Source: Patescibacteria group bacterium
Lineage (GTDB): Bacteria > Patescibacteriota > Minisyncoccia > Portnoybacterales > UBA2143
Direction: 5' to 3'
DNA: 64,000 nt
Assembly: GCA_018830295.1 (NCBI GenBank)
Contig: JAHJSM010000001.1
Location: 193,980-257,979 of the forward strand
Made by a program: the position numbers and the translations under genes. How positions within the stretch are numbered: position 1 is the stretch's first letter; each line of letters opens with the position of its first letter. The notes under the pieces were generated by a model. That model ran no database searches, was not told the origin of the DNA, and saw only the letters and a program-made list of their open reading frames with translations. This document shows, one piece after another, positions 45,381 through 54,448 of the stretch.

Positions 45381-45998
45381 TTAAAATAACGCATAATTTC
45401 CAACAATCAAAACATATAGCGGCTCAACTATAAATGGAATTACTACATAAATCATAAAAAAAATCACACCTATAAGAGGCAAAATACCGCCTTGTATAAA
45501 AGAATTTTTAACATTTTCTAGTGAAGGGAATAAAGCGAAAAAAATATGCGAACCATCAAGAGGCGGAACTGGCATTAAATTTAACACTCCTAAAATAAGA
45601 TTGATCCAAACAGAAAAACTTAAAAAATAAATTAAATAAAGATTATTTAATTCAAAAAAATACAAGAAAGAACCAACAAGTAGCACTATTAAAAAATTAG
45701 AACATGGTCCAGCCGCGCTTACTAAAGCAGGACCCCATTTTTGGTTTTTTAGATTATAAGGATTAAAGGGAACTGGCTTGCCCCAACCGATCCCGGCAAT
45801 GAAAATAAGAATTGTTCCAAGCGGATCTAAATGCGCAAGCGGATTTACAGTTAATCGACCTTGATCTTTAGCAGTATTATCACCTAAATAATAAGCCATC
45901 CATGCATGAAAAAATTCATGAATGCTAAGCGCAAAAATTATTGCCATGGCTATTATTAAAAACAATATTGGGTCATTAAAAAGAATTTGTATAAGCAT
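45381..45998 (-). CDS. Site-2 protease family (M50) membrane metalloprotease
   Basis: IHEFFHAWMA is the HExxH inside TM helix 1. Polytopic, 205 aa, with LDGSHIF (the LDG motif). Confidence 0.65.
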   Translation of the reverse strand: MLIQILFNDPILFLIIAMAIIFALSIHEFFHAWMAYYLGDNTAKDQGRLTVNPLAHLDPLGTILIFIAGIGWGKPVPFNPYNLKNQKWGPALVSAAGPCSNFLIVLLVGSFLYFFELNNLYLIYFLSFSVWINLILGVLNLMPVPPLDGSHIFFALFPSLENVKNSFIQGGILPLIGVIFFMIYVVIPFIVEPLYVLIVGNYALF

Positions 45999-46070
45999 AT
46001 TTTTTTACTTGATTATTATCAAAAAATAGGGTAATCTTTAAAAGTAAATTAATTATCTATACGAACAACT

Positions 46071-46265
46071 ATGTCAAGAAGATGCTCTCTGTGCGGTAAA
46101 AAATCAATGGTCGCGGTGACAAGAAAGAAACTCCGAGGTAAGTATAACCCGACCAGCAAAAAAAGAAAATACCCCAATTTACAATGGGTTACTCTTGAAG
46201 TTGGAAAAAGAATCAAGGCCTGCGCCAAGTGTATCAAGACAATGGCCAAGACAAACAAGAAATAG
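46071..46265 (+). CDS. rpmB: 50S ribosomal protein L28
   Basis: MSRRCSLCGKK...KKRKYPNLQWV matches the L28 pattern. Confidence 0.7.
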   Translation: MSRRCSLCGKKSMVAVTRKKLRGKYNPTSKKRKYPNLQWVTLEVGKRIKACAKCIKTMAKTNKK

Positions 46266-46286
46266 TAAATAGAATCTAACATCCGA

Positions 46287-46363
46287 CGGGGCGTGGCCTA
46301 GTGGCTTAAGGCGTCGGGCTGGGGGTCCGAAGATCGCAGGTTCAAATCCTGTCGCCCCGACCA
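46287..46363 (+). tRNA. tRNA-Pro (anticodon GGG)
   Basis: C1:G72 acceptor (CGGGGCG/CGCCCCG). Anticodon stem TCGGG/TCCGA with loop CTGGGGG. A73. CCA encoded. Confidence 0.8.
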
Positions 46364-46392
46364 AAATAAAAACCCTTAACAGGGCGTTTTTT
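46364..46392 (+). terminator. Hairpin plus T-tract after tRNA-Pro
   Basis: AAAACCCTTAACAGGGCGTTTTTTAATTT. Confidence 0.45.
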
Positions 46393-46596
46393 AATTTCAA
46401 AACAAAAGCCTCGCTGTCAGATGATTTTCGAATAGAATTCCGCTATTTCTCTAAGTGGGTGTCAGGAGATAACGCCACGGCGCTAACTCACTTAAGACTC
46501 CCGGACGAAATTATTAAGTCGAAATCTAAAAGAAAAATCCGAACAGCAAAGCTATCATCATCTTAACAAATAGACAACCCTTGTCAAGACCATCTT

Positions 46597-47208
46597 TTAC
46601 TCCTTAATCCCATCCAAATTAACATCGTACAAAATCGCTTCTTGAACTAAGCGATATTTGACAATTTCGTTTTCTTTAAACCAAATTTGAATTTCTTTTT
46701 CCGCTTCTTCGGGACTTCCCGAAGCGTGAATAAGATTTCTCACTGCCCTGTTGTCCGTGTCGGCAATCGCGTAAGAATCAAGCGTAAGGTCGCCTCTGAT
46801 TGTTCCGATATCGGAAGTCATTGGCTCCGTCCCGCCAGTAATTTTTCTGATAATTCCCACCGCTTCGTTGCCCTGCCAGACCATCGCCACGACCGGTCCC
46901 GAGGATAAATATTTCTTCAAACTTTCTAAAACCTTTTGACCGCACTGAATTGGGTCATCAAACGGCGGCTTCAATCCTTTTTTAAGATACGCGTTCATCG
47001 CCTTTTCTCCGACCGATTTCAACCATGTCTCAACGATCAAATAATGCCTTTCAACCTGCTCCTCTGTCGGAATTAAAAATTTCAATCCAACCAACTTAAA
47101 ACCAGCCCGCTCATACCGCTTAATTATCTCGCCAATCAATGTTCGCTGAACACCATCTGGTTTAATTAAAACCAAACTTTTCTCTTTTGACATTATGTTT
47201 TTATTCAT
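46597..47208 (-). CDS. ndk: Nucleoside diphosphate kinase (long form)
   Basis: SLVLIKPDGVQR and NLIHASGSPEEAEKEI (NxxHxSD active-site His). Start chosen at MNKNIMSK (the ORF track starts 17 codons earlier). Confidence 0.75.
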   Translation of the reverse strand: MNKNIMSKEKSLVLIKPDGVQRTLIGEIIKRYERAGFKLVGLKFLIPTEEQVERHYLIVETWLKSVGEKAMNAYLKKGLKPPFDDPIQCGQKVLESLKKYLSSGPVVAMVWQGNEAVGIIRKITGGTEPMTSDIGTIRGDLTLDSYAIADTDNRAVRNLIHASGSPEEAEKEIQIWFKENEIVKYRLVQEAILYDVNLDGIKE

Positions 47209-47262
47209 TTTTTTACTTGATATTTCTAATAATCTACCACAAAAAAACCGCCTTGCCAAGAT

Positions 47263-48162
47263 TCACCGCTCTGTTTTTACCTCAAACAATTCTCCGTTGG
47301 TTAAAATCGTAATATCTCCATTTTTGTCTGTTCGCGAGATGAATGCGTTTTTTAATATATCCAAAACCTCTTGGTTCGGATGCTTGTAGCGATTATTTTC
47401 CCCAACCGAGATAACGGATATTTTCGGATTAACCGCCTTGATGAAGTTATAACTACTTGAGGTTTTGCTTCCGTGATGGGGAACTTTCAAAATATCCGAT
47501 TCCAAATTCGTGTTTCTTTCAATTAAAATATTTTCTATCTTCTTTTCAATATCTCCGGTTAATAAAAATTCGGTTTGTCTGTAAATCAGCCGACTGACGA
47601 CTGAAGCGTTGTTAACACTTTTCGCGTCAACCAGCGGCTGTTCTGGCCAAAGAATTTCTAAAACAATCCCCTCACTTAAAATAATTTTTTGTCCGGCTTG
47701 GGCTATCGTCAAAGGAATATTTTTCTCGTCAATTAACTCCCGCCACTTTTTATAAACAGCCGTGTCCGTCTCAAAACCGCTCGTTAAAATATGTCTGACT
47801 TGATAATACTCCAAAACATCCACCAACCCCGTAATGTGGTCAGCGTCAGGATGCGTTAAAATAAGTAAATCAATTTTTCTATCGTAAAAGGGCATTGTTT
47901 GATTTAATTTTTCCAAAACCGTTTTATCCGGTCCGCCGTCAATTAAAACCTGTTTTTGGAACGGCGTTTCAATAAAAATGCTGTCCCCTTGCCCGACATC
48001 AAAAAAATGAACTTCCAAAATATCGTCCGCTGTCAAAGAAAAAACAGCCGACCAAACAAAAATGGTCCCGACAAGCAAAATCCCCAAGAAGGAATAAGCA
48101 AATTTTCTGTATTTAATAATAAATATCATAAGTTGCCCATGGAAAAGATGATAGATATTCAA
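47263..48162 (-). CDS. comEC: ComEC/Rec2 C-terminal metallo-beta-lactamase domain protein
   Basis: HFFDVGQGDSIFIETP...LLILTHPDADHITG...VPHHGSKTSSS are MBL motifs typical of the ComEC C-terminus. Its own N-terminal TM overlaps the upstream ORF by 50 nt. Confidence 0.7.
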   Translation of the reverse strand: MNIYHLFHGQLMIFIIKYRKFAYSFLGILLVGTIFVWSAVFSLTADDILEVHFFDVGQGDSIFIETPFQKQVLIDGGPDKTVLEKLNQTMPFYDRKIDLLILTHPDADHITGLVDVLEYYQVRHILTSGFETDTAVYKKWRELIDEKNIPLTIAQAGQKIILSEGIVLEILWPEQPLVDAKSVNNASVVSRLIYRQTEFLLTGDIEKKIENILIERNTNLESDILKVPHHGSKTSSSYNFIKAVNPKISVISVGENNRYKHPNQEVLDILKNAFISRTDKNGDITILTNGELFEVKTER

Positions 48163-49492
48163 TTGTTTTAATGAGATAACTCAAAAGAAGCCAAATCGGC
48201 CAGACCACTATTTTCGCCAGAGGCAAATAAATCAGCCCAAGAAAAACAACCATCATTCCCATTCCCATTATAACAGGCAAAAGAGGAACAATCATCAGGT
48301 TGGCGAGTGGAGAAATGAGGGAAATTTGCCCAAATTGAAAAATCAAAATTGGAAGCGTCCCTAATTGCGCCGCCAGAGTCATTGTTAAAATATCTTTTAA
48401 TTGCATAAAATCGGGCAATCTCGCCATTTTTTTGTCTATCATCGGTTTGAGATAAATAATACTCAAAACGGCGGCGAAAGAAAGTTGGAAGCCGACATCA
48501 GCCGCGAGCAAGGACGGATTGACAGCTAACATCACTGTGGCGGCAAAAACTACCGCTCTGTCAGCGCTCCGCAACCGTCCAACTTTTTGCGCCAAAAGAA
48601 GCAGACCCGCCATAATTCCGGCGCGAACTGCCGAAGCCGGCGCGCCAATCATAATGATATAAGAAAAAAGCAGGAAAGAAACGAGGTAAAACGCCTGTCC
48701 GCGCCAGAGTCCGACCGCCAACGCGAGATAGAGAAAAATCTGCGTCATAATAATCATATGCATCCCGCTAATCGCCACGATGTGCCTCGTTCCGCTAATA
48801 TTTAATTTTTCTTTCAACTCATCCGAAAGCCCATATTTATCCCCGAGGAAAATCGCCCCTAAAACCGAAGAATGAGGAGGCAGAAGCGTTTGGTTGATAA
48901 TGCCCCTTAATTTGTTTTTAAAATCAAAAATTTTTTGATAAAACCAATTTCCTTTACCCGCGGCAATTAAATTTATATTCGGATAATAAGCGACTGAATA
49001 AATTTTATCTTTCGCCAAATACGCCCGATAATCAAAATCTTCAAATTGAATTGGCTCTTTTAATTGCCCACTAATTTCCAACTCATCGCCATATTTATAT
49101 TCCGGATACAAATCAGTTGTCACTAAAATCTTTCCGGGAATTCCCTCTGCCTCAAACTGAAATATCTGATTACTAATTCTTTTCTCCGGCTCTTGGATGA
49201 TAACGCCCCTTAAAACAATTTCCTGCTCATAATATTGCCTCATCGCGTCAATTTCATTTTCAGATACCGCCGTCTGATGTCGAATCATCCCGCCCGCCAA
49301 AACCAACAAACAAAACCCCGCCACCAAATATGTTAGACCCTTAGGGTCTAACACGCTTGCGGAAACAACCAAGGCAGTTCCTAAAATTAAAATTCCCAGC
49401 CAAATTGGCCGGGAAATATCAACTGCGGAACTAATTAAAACACCGACGATAAAAGATAAACAGAGATAGAGGAAAATTTTTGACTTGGTCAT
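48113..49492 (-). CDS. comEC: ComEC/Rec2 N-terminal membrane domains (DUF4131 + competence domain)
   Basis: 459-aa polytopic protein: N-terminal DUF4131-like TM/OB region then the competence-domain TM bundle (…ISGMHMIIMTQIF…). Confidence 0.7.
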   Translation of the reverse strand: MTKSKIFLYLCLSFIVGVLISSAVDISRPIWLGILILGTALVVSASVLDPKGLTYLVAGFCLLVLAGGMIRHQTAVSENEIDAMRQYYEQEIVLRGVIIQEPEKRISNQIFQFEAEGIPGKILVTTDLYPEYKYGDELEISGQLKEPIQFEDFDYRAYLAKDKIYSVAYYPNINLIAAGKGNWFYQKIFDFKNKLRGIINQTLLPPHSSVLGAIFLGDKYGLSDELKEKLNISGTRHIVAISGMHMIIMTQIFLYLALAVGLWRGQAFYLVSFLLFSYIIMIGAPASAVRAGIMAGLLLLAQKVGRLRSADRAVVFAATVMLAVNPSLLAADVGFQLSFAAVLSIIYLKPMIDKKMARLPDFMQLKDILTMTLAAQLGTLPILIFQFGQISLISPLANLMIVPLLPVIMGMGMMVVFLGLIYLPLAKIVVWPIWLLLSYLIKTIEYLSSFPWATYDIYY

Positions 49493-49504
49493 AAGGCCTC
49501 TGTC

Positions 49505-50206
49505 CTATACTCCGCGTAATTCTACTTGATAAAAATATTGCCGGGCGATTTCAAGCATTTCTTTCAGGTCATCTTCTGAATAAAGTTTAACGCCTCGCCA
49601 AAGACCATTTAAGTTTTTATCCATTTTAAACGGCTGGAGAACAAATGATTTGGCGCCTTTAAGCAACTGCCCTATTTTCCTGATATCCTCCTTATCAATC
49701 AACCCGGGCAAAGCGGTCGTCCTGAATTCATACTCCTTTCCGCTGTTTTTTATCAAATCAACGCTCTCTAAAATATCTTTTTGTTTAATTGTCTTGCCCG
49801 CGACTTGGCAATATTTTTCCGATGAACTTTTGATGTCCATCGCCACAAAATCAAGAAGATTGTTTTTAAGAAGCCGCGCTAAAACTTTTGGCCTGCTCCC
49901 GTTGGTGTCTAATTTAACCAAAAACCCCATTTCTTTTATTTTTCTCGCAAAATCAGCCAAATCGTTTTGAATCGTCGGTTCGCCGCCAGTAATACAAATC
50001 CCTTCCAATAAATTTTTACGGGACTCAAGAAATTCAAAAAAGACCTTCTCCTTAATCATTGGTTGTTTCTTTATCTTCTCCTTGTCAACTAATTCCGGAT
50101 TATGGCAAAAAGAACAATTAAAATTGCAACCAATAGTAAAAACTGTGGCGGCGACTTTGCCCGGATAATCAATCAGAGTCATTTTTTGCAACCCGCCAAT
50201 TAACAT
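49505..50206 (-). CDS. nrdG: Anaerobic ribonucleoside-triphosphate reductase activating protein (radical SAM)
   Basis: CNFNCSFCHNPE (CxxxCxxC) and the GGEPT glycine-rich motif. Confidence 0.8.
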   Translation of the reverse strand: MLIGGLQKMTLIDYPGKVAATVFTIGCNFNCSFCHNPELVDKEKIKKQPMIKEKVFFEFLESRKNLLEGICITGGEPTIQNDLADFARKIKEMGFLVKLDTNGSRPKVLARLLKNNLLDFVAMDIKSSSEKYCQVAGKTIKQKDILESVDLIKNSGKEYEFRTTALPGLIDKEDIRKIGQLLKGAKSFVLQPFKMDKNLNGLWRGVKLYSEDDLKEMLEIARQYFYQVELRGV

Positions 50207-50211
50207 AAATT

Positions 50212-53200
50212 CTATTTACAATCTTTAATCTTAAATAACTTCCTGTCTTTAAACTCCTCTTGTTTGCCGACATGCCATTGCTGGATTGGTCTAATGTAGC
50301 CGACTACTCTTGAATAGACCTCACAGGGCTGTTTGATGACGCATTTGGGGCAAGTGTAATGCTCGCCAGAAATATATCCATGATGAGGGCAGATCGAAAA
50401 AGTCGGGCTTATAGTCAGATACGGCAAGTGAAAATTTTCAAATATTTTCTTAACCAGATTTTTAATGGTCTGGATATTCTCAATCCGTTCGCCGATAAAA
50501 GTATGAAAGACAATTCCTCCTGTGTATTTCGCTTGGATTTCATCTTGCAGTTTCAACGCTTCAAAAACATCGTCCGTGTAATTCACCGGAAGCATCGTTG
50601 AGTTGGTGTAATACGGATTTTTTTTAGACCCAGCCGTGATAATATCCGGATACTCTTGCTTATCTCTAAGCGCCAATCTGTAACTCGCGCCTTCCGCCGG
50701 CGTCGCTTCAAGATTATAGAGATTGTCTGTTTCTTTTTGATATTTTACCAAACGGTCCCGCATAAAATCAAGGACTTCTACGGTAAATTTTCTGCCTTGG
50801 CGAGAACCAATGTCTTTTCCTATGAAATTAAGCAAGGACTCGTTTGCGCCAACCAATCCAATCGTGGAAAAGTGATTGCCGTAATACTCGCCGCGCATTT
50901 GCTTAACATTACTCAGATAATACTTAGAATACGGATAAAGCCCTTTTTCCATAAAGTTTTCTAAAACCTTCCTCTTTATCTCCAGCGAGTCCTTGGCGAT
51001 ATCCATCGCCCTGCCAAGTCGCTCAAAATATTCCTTCCTTGTTTTTGACAAATAGCCAATCTGTGGAAGATTAATCGTCACGACCCCAATTGAGCCCGTA
51101 AGCGCCCCCGCCCCAAACAACCCTCCGCCCCGCTTGTATAATTCTTTCTTCGAAAGCATCAATCTGCAGCACATGCTTCTGATGTCTTCTGGGTTCATAT
51201 CGGACTGGATGAAGTTTGAAAAATAGTTGATGCCGTACTTCGCCGTCGCTTGCCACATTCCGTCCAAAGACGGATTGTCCCAGTCAAAATCCTTGGTAAT
51301 TGAGACGGTTGGAATAGGGAAGGTGAACGGGCGTCCGCTTCGGTCGCCCTCCATCAGACATTCATAAAACGCCTTGTTGAGCATATTCATTTCTGTCTCA
51401 AACTCGGCATATGTCTCTTCCTGCGGCTTGCCTCCGATAATAACCGGCTGTTTAGCAAACGACTCCGACGGTTTAATATCCAAAGTGACATTAATAAAAG
51501 GCGTGTTGCCTGTAATAAAAACTTTGCCTTTTCTTCTGGCGACAATAGTTTCATTTTTGGTGTTGGGCGACCAAATGACGCCCTTGTAATCCACCTTTTC
51601 TATTTTAGGAATATATGTTTCAGTATGCTTGATCAGCCGCAAAACAAAAATATCCTTTTTACCAATCGTCGGTTTTCTTTTTAAAACCGTGAAGCCATAT
51701 TCAGCGTTAACGCAAATAATTTGCAAACCATCAAGCAATTCTAAATCAGTCACGCTGATTTTACATCCTTCAAATCCGTCTCCTTTGAGATATGTTTCAA
51801 TGAATAATTTTGACTGCCTTTCGTCTAAATTCAACAAATCATCCGGCATAAAATGGACATTTTCCTTAGTCCCAAACCAATTATGAATTTTTCTTGAGCT
51901 TTCGGCGTTGAGCCGCATTCTGCGGACATTATCTCCCAAAGAGGCCGTTTCATATTCCGAATATTCTAAATGAAAATGTTTCAGCAAGCCGACAATTTCT
52001 TTGTAATTTTGAAGATTTCTTATTTTGGACTGATAGATCGAAACACGATAACAACTCCTATGTTTTCCAGGTCGCTCAATCGTCCCTTCGCTAATAATCC
52101 AAGCCATCAATTTTATCTGCTCGTCGCTCATTTTTGAGGTTTTGTTTGAATTTCCTCCAGCGATTGGAATAGCAAAAGGCGACTTCAATTTAGCAACTTC
52201 TTCAATCGTTTCCAAAACACATTTGTCTGTCTGGAATTTTTTTCTAACAACTCTGTGATTCGGAGAAACGAGTTGGTCCTGAATACGATTTTTCAGACGA
52301 TACATTATCCCGCTATATTTTTTCTTGAAAACATAATTGACTTTTTGGTCTTCAATTTTTTTAGTTTCTAAATTAAAGGTTTTAATAATATCGCCCTCGT
52401 TCACTTCTTGATAGCCCTTCCATCCTTGAGGCGTTAAAATTTCTGTATCTTCGGAAACACATTGGAATCCGACCCGTGTCGGCACGGCGCAGTTGAAAAG
52501 AAATTCCTGCATCGCTTGTTTGACTTGATTGTAATTTAAATTATCGTAGCGGATAAAAGGCGCGAGCAGTGTGTCAAAGTTACTCACCGCTTCCGCTCCG
52601 GCCGCTTCGCCTTGAAGGGTGTAAAAGAAATTAACCAATTGCCCCAAAGCGGTCCGCAGATGCTTCGCCGGTTTTGATTCAACCTTGCCTTTAACTCCGC
52701 CAAACCCCCTCAACAAAAGGTCGTATAAATCCCAACCCTGACAATAACAACTTAAACTATCCAAATCGTGAATATGAAAACTTCCGTCGTTAATCGCCTC
52801 TCTCACCTCTTTGGGATAAATCTTATCAAGCCAATATTTTTTGGCAACCGCCGAAACGACATAATGGTTGAGCCCTTGCAAGGAATACGCCATATTGGCG
52901 TTTTCCTTGACCTGCCAATCAAGCTCCTGAATATACTTGTCAATCATCTCAACCGCCTCGTCAATTGCCGTGCTCGCCTCTCGGACGCGCCTTCTTTGCT
53001 CGCGGTAAATAATGTATCTCTTGGCCGTTTCGGCGTAATCGTTGATAATAAAAATCTCTTCAACAATGTCCTGAATTTTTTCTATTTGAGGAATGTCGTC
53101 TTTTTTAAATCTTCTGTTAAGAAGCCCAACGACTTGGTCTGATAATTTTTTAGCGATTCCTTTTCCTCCTTCTTTGGTCGCGGTCAGCGCCTTAAAAACA

Positions 53201-53280
53201 GCTGAAGTAATTTTTGACTGGTCAAAATCAACAATCCTTCCATCTCTTTTTTCTACTTGCTTGAATTTTAATTTAGGCAT
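50212..53280 (-). CDS. nrdD: Anaerobic ribonucleoside-triphosphate reductase NrdD, interrupted by a 319-aa intein
   Basis: ATP-cone N-terminus. The class III RNR core ends in a Cys-rich/glycyl-radical tail (...CPHHGYISGEHYTCPKC...RVVGYIRP...). The intein lies between VPTRVGFQ and TPFINVTLD. Confidence 0.85.
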   Translation of the reverse strand: MPKLKFKQVEKRDGRIVDFDQSKITSAVFKALTATKEGGKGIAKKLSDQVVGLLNRRFKKDDIPQIEKIQDIVEEIFIINDYAETAKRYIIYREQRRRVREASTAIDEAVEMIDKYIQELDWQVKENANMAYSLQGLNHYVVSAVAKKYWLDKIYPKEVREAINDGSFHIHDLDSLSCYCQGWDLYDLLLRGFGGVKGKVESKPAKHLRTALGQLVNFFYTLQGEAAGAEAVSNFDTLLAPFIRYDNLNYNQVKQAMQEFLFNCAVPTRVGFQCVSEDTEILTPQGWKGYQEVNEGDIIKTFNLETKKIEDQKVNYVFKKKYSGIMYRLKNRIQDQLVSPNHRVVRKKFQTDKCVLETIEEVAKLKSPFAIPIAGGNSNKTSKMSDEQIKLMAWIISEGTIERPGKHRSCYRVSIYQSKIRNLQNYKEIVGLLKHFHLEYSEYETASLGDNVRRMRLNAESSRKIHNWFGTKENVHFMPDDLLNLDERQSKLFIETYLKGDGFEGCKISVTDLELLDGLQIICVNAEYGFTVLKRKPTIGKKDIFVLRLIKHTETYIPKIEKVDYKGVIWSPNTKNETIVARRKGKVFITGNTPFINVTLDIKPSESFAKQPVIIGGKPQEETYAEFETEMNMLNKAFYECLMEGDRSGRPFTFPIPTVSITKDFDWDNPSLDGMWQATAKYGINYFSNFIQSDMNPEDIRSMCCRLMLSKKELYKRGGGLFGAGALTGSIGVVTINLPQIGYLSKTRKEYFERLGRAMDIAKDSLEIKRKVLENFMEKGLYPYSKYYLSNVKQMRGEYYGNHFSTIGLVGANESLLNFIGKDIGSRQGRKFTVEVLDFMRDRLVKYQKETDNLYNLEATPAEGASYRLALRDKQEYPDIITAGSKKNPYYTNSTMLPVNYTDDVFEALKLQDEIQAKYTGGIVFHTFIGERIENIQTIKNLVKKIFENFHLPYLTISPTFSICPHHGYISGEHYTCPKCVIKQPCEVYSRVVGYIRPIQQWHVGKQEEFKDRKLFKIKDCK
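51505..52461 (-). mobile_element. NrdD intein (aa 274-592) with LAGLIDADG-like homing endonuclease motifs
   Basis: Starts CVSEDTEILTPQGW (block A). LMAWIISEGTI and ETYLKGDGFEG are LAGLIDADG-like. Ends VFITGN with a Thr as the +1 residue. The extein total (703 aa) fits NrdD. Confidence 0.75.
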
Positions 53281-53421
53281 AATTTCTGGTGATTAAATTA
53301 TAAAACGAAAAACCCGCCGCATAATAATTGTAAAATTTTATTTGGTGGGTTCTCAATACCTCTATTTTACTCTATATTAAAAAACCGCGCAACAAAAAAG
53401 ATTTGGAAAATCTATTATTCT

Positions 53422-54357
53422 TTATTTTTTTGACCACTTAATTGTTTGTCTGATTCCATCTTCTAACTTTGTTTCAGCTTCCCATTTTAAAACTTTTTTA
53501 GCTTTACCGCAATTCAAACAACTTCTCATCTGTTCTCCTTTTTTAGCTGGGCTAAATTGTTTTTTAATTTTACAATCCAAGATTAATTCTATAATCTCAA
53601 CCATTTGCAAAAGATTAGTCTCAACCGTAGCGCCGATATTAATCTCTCCAACATAATCAGATTTAGCGGAATCTATAAGGGACTTAACTACATCGCCAAC
53701 ATATATAAAATCCCTTGTTTGCAGACCATTGCCATTAATTATACTTTTTTTATTGTTAATCGCGTTGTTGATAAAAATGGCGATTACTCCCGCTTCTCCT
53801 CCCTTAAATTGGTGCGGACCGTAAACATTGCTAAAACGCAAAGAGATATATTTTTGACCGTAAACTTTGTAATAATAATTTAAATATTTCTCAAAAGTTA
53901 ATTTATGAATTCCATAAGGAGAAATCGGTTCTGGCAAATAATCTTCTGCTGTGGGAATTATGCTTGCATCGCCGTAAACCGCGCCTCCGCTGGAAGAAAA
54001 AATTATTTTTTTAATTTTATGCCGATAGCAATTTTCTAAAATATTTAATCCGCCCAAAACATTTATCTCATTATCAAAATTTGAATTCTCTATTGATTTT
54101 CTAACATCAATTTGCGCCGCCAAATGAAAAACAAAATCAATTTTTCTCTTTAAAGATTCTTTTTTAAATATTTCGCTTATTTTTTTAGAACGAATATCAA
54201 CTTGATAAAATTTTGCCTTACAATCAATATACTCCTTTTTGCCAGTTGATAAATCGTCAACAACAACCACTTCATTCCCTAATCTGATTAATTTATCAGA
54301 CAAATTAGAACCAATAAACCCCGCTCCGCCAGTTATTAAAATTTTTTTATTTCTCAT
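53422..54357 (-). CDS. NAD-dependent epimerase/dehydratase (UDP-sugar 4-epimerase-like)
   Basis: ILITGGAGFIGSNL Rossmann motif. The YxxxK catalytic motif is present (YGIHK). Confidence 0.8.
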   Translation of the reverse strand: MRNKKILITGGAGFIGSNLSDKLIRLGNEVVVVDDLSTGKKEYIDCKAKFYQVDIRSKKISEIFKKESLKRKIDFVFHLAAQIDVRKSIENSNFDNEINVLGGLNILENCYRHKIKKIIFSSSGGAVYGDASIIPTAEDYLPEPISPYGIHKLTFEKYLNYYYKVYGQKYISLRFSNVYGPHQFKGGEAGVIAIFINNAINNKKSIINGNGLQTRDFIYVGDVVKSLIDSAKSDYVGEINIGATVETNLLQMVEIIELILDCKIKKQFSPAKKGEQMRSCLNCGKAKKVLKWEAETKLEDGIRQTIKWSKK

Positions 54358-54448
54358 AATATAATTATGAAACTAAATTTATCTTAAGTCAAACAAAAAA
54401 AACAACGGATTTGCCCGCTGTTTTTAAATCTTAAAAAATTTGGAAAAT

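Noticed and set aside
46392-46596. SRP (4.5S) RNA in the ndk/tRNA-Pro intergenic region
   Set aside because: No match to the conserved domain IV motif (GGAAGGAAGCAGCC or similar). Left as an unannotated candidate only.
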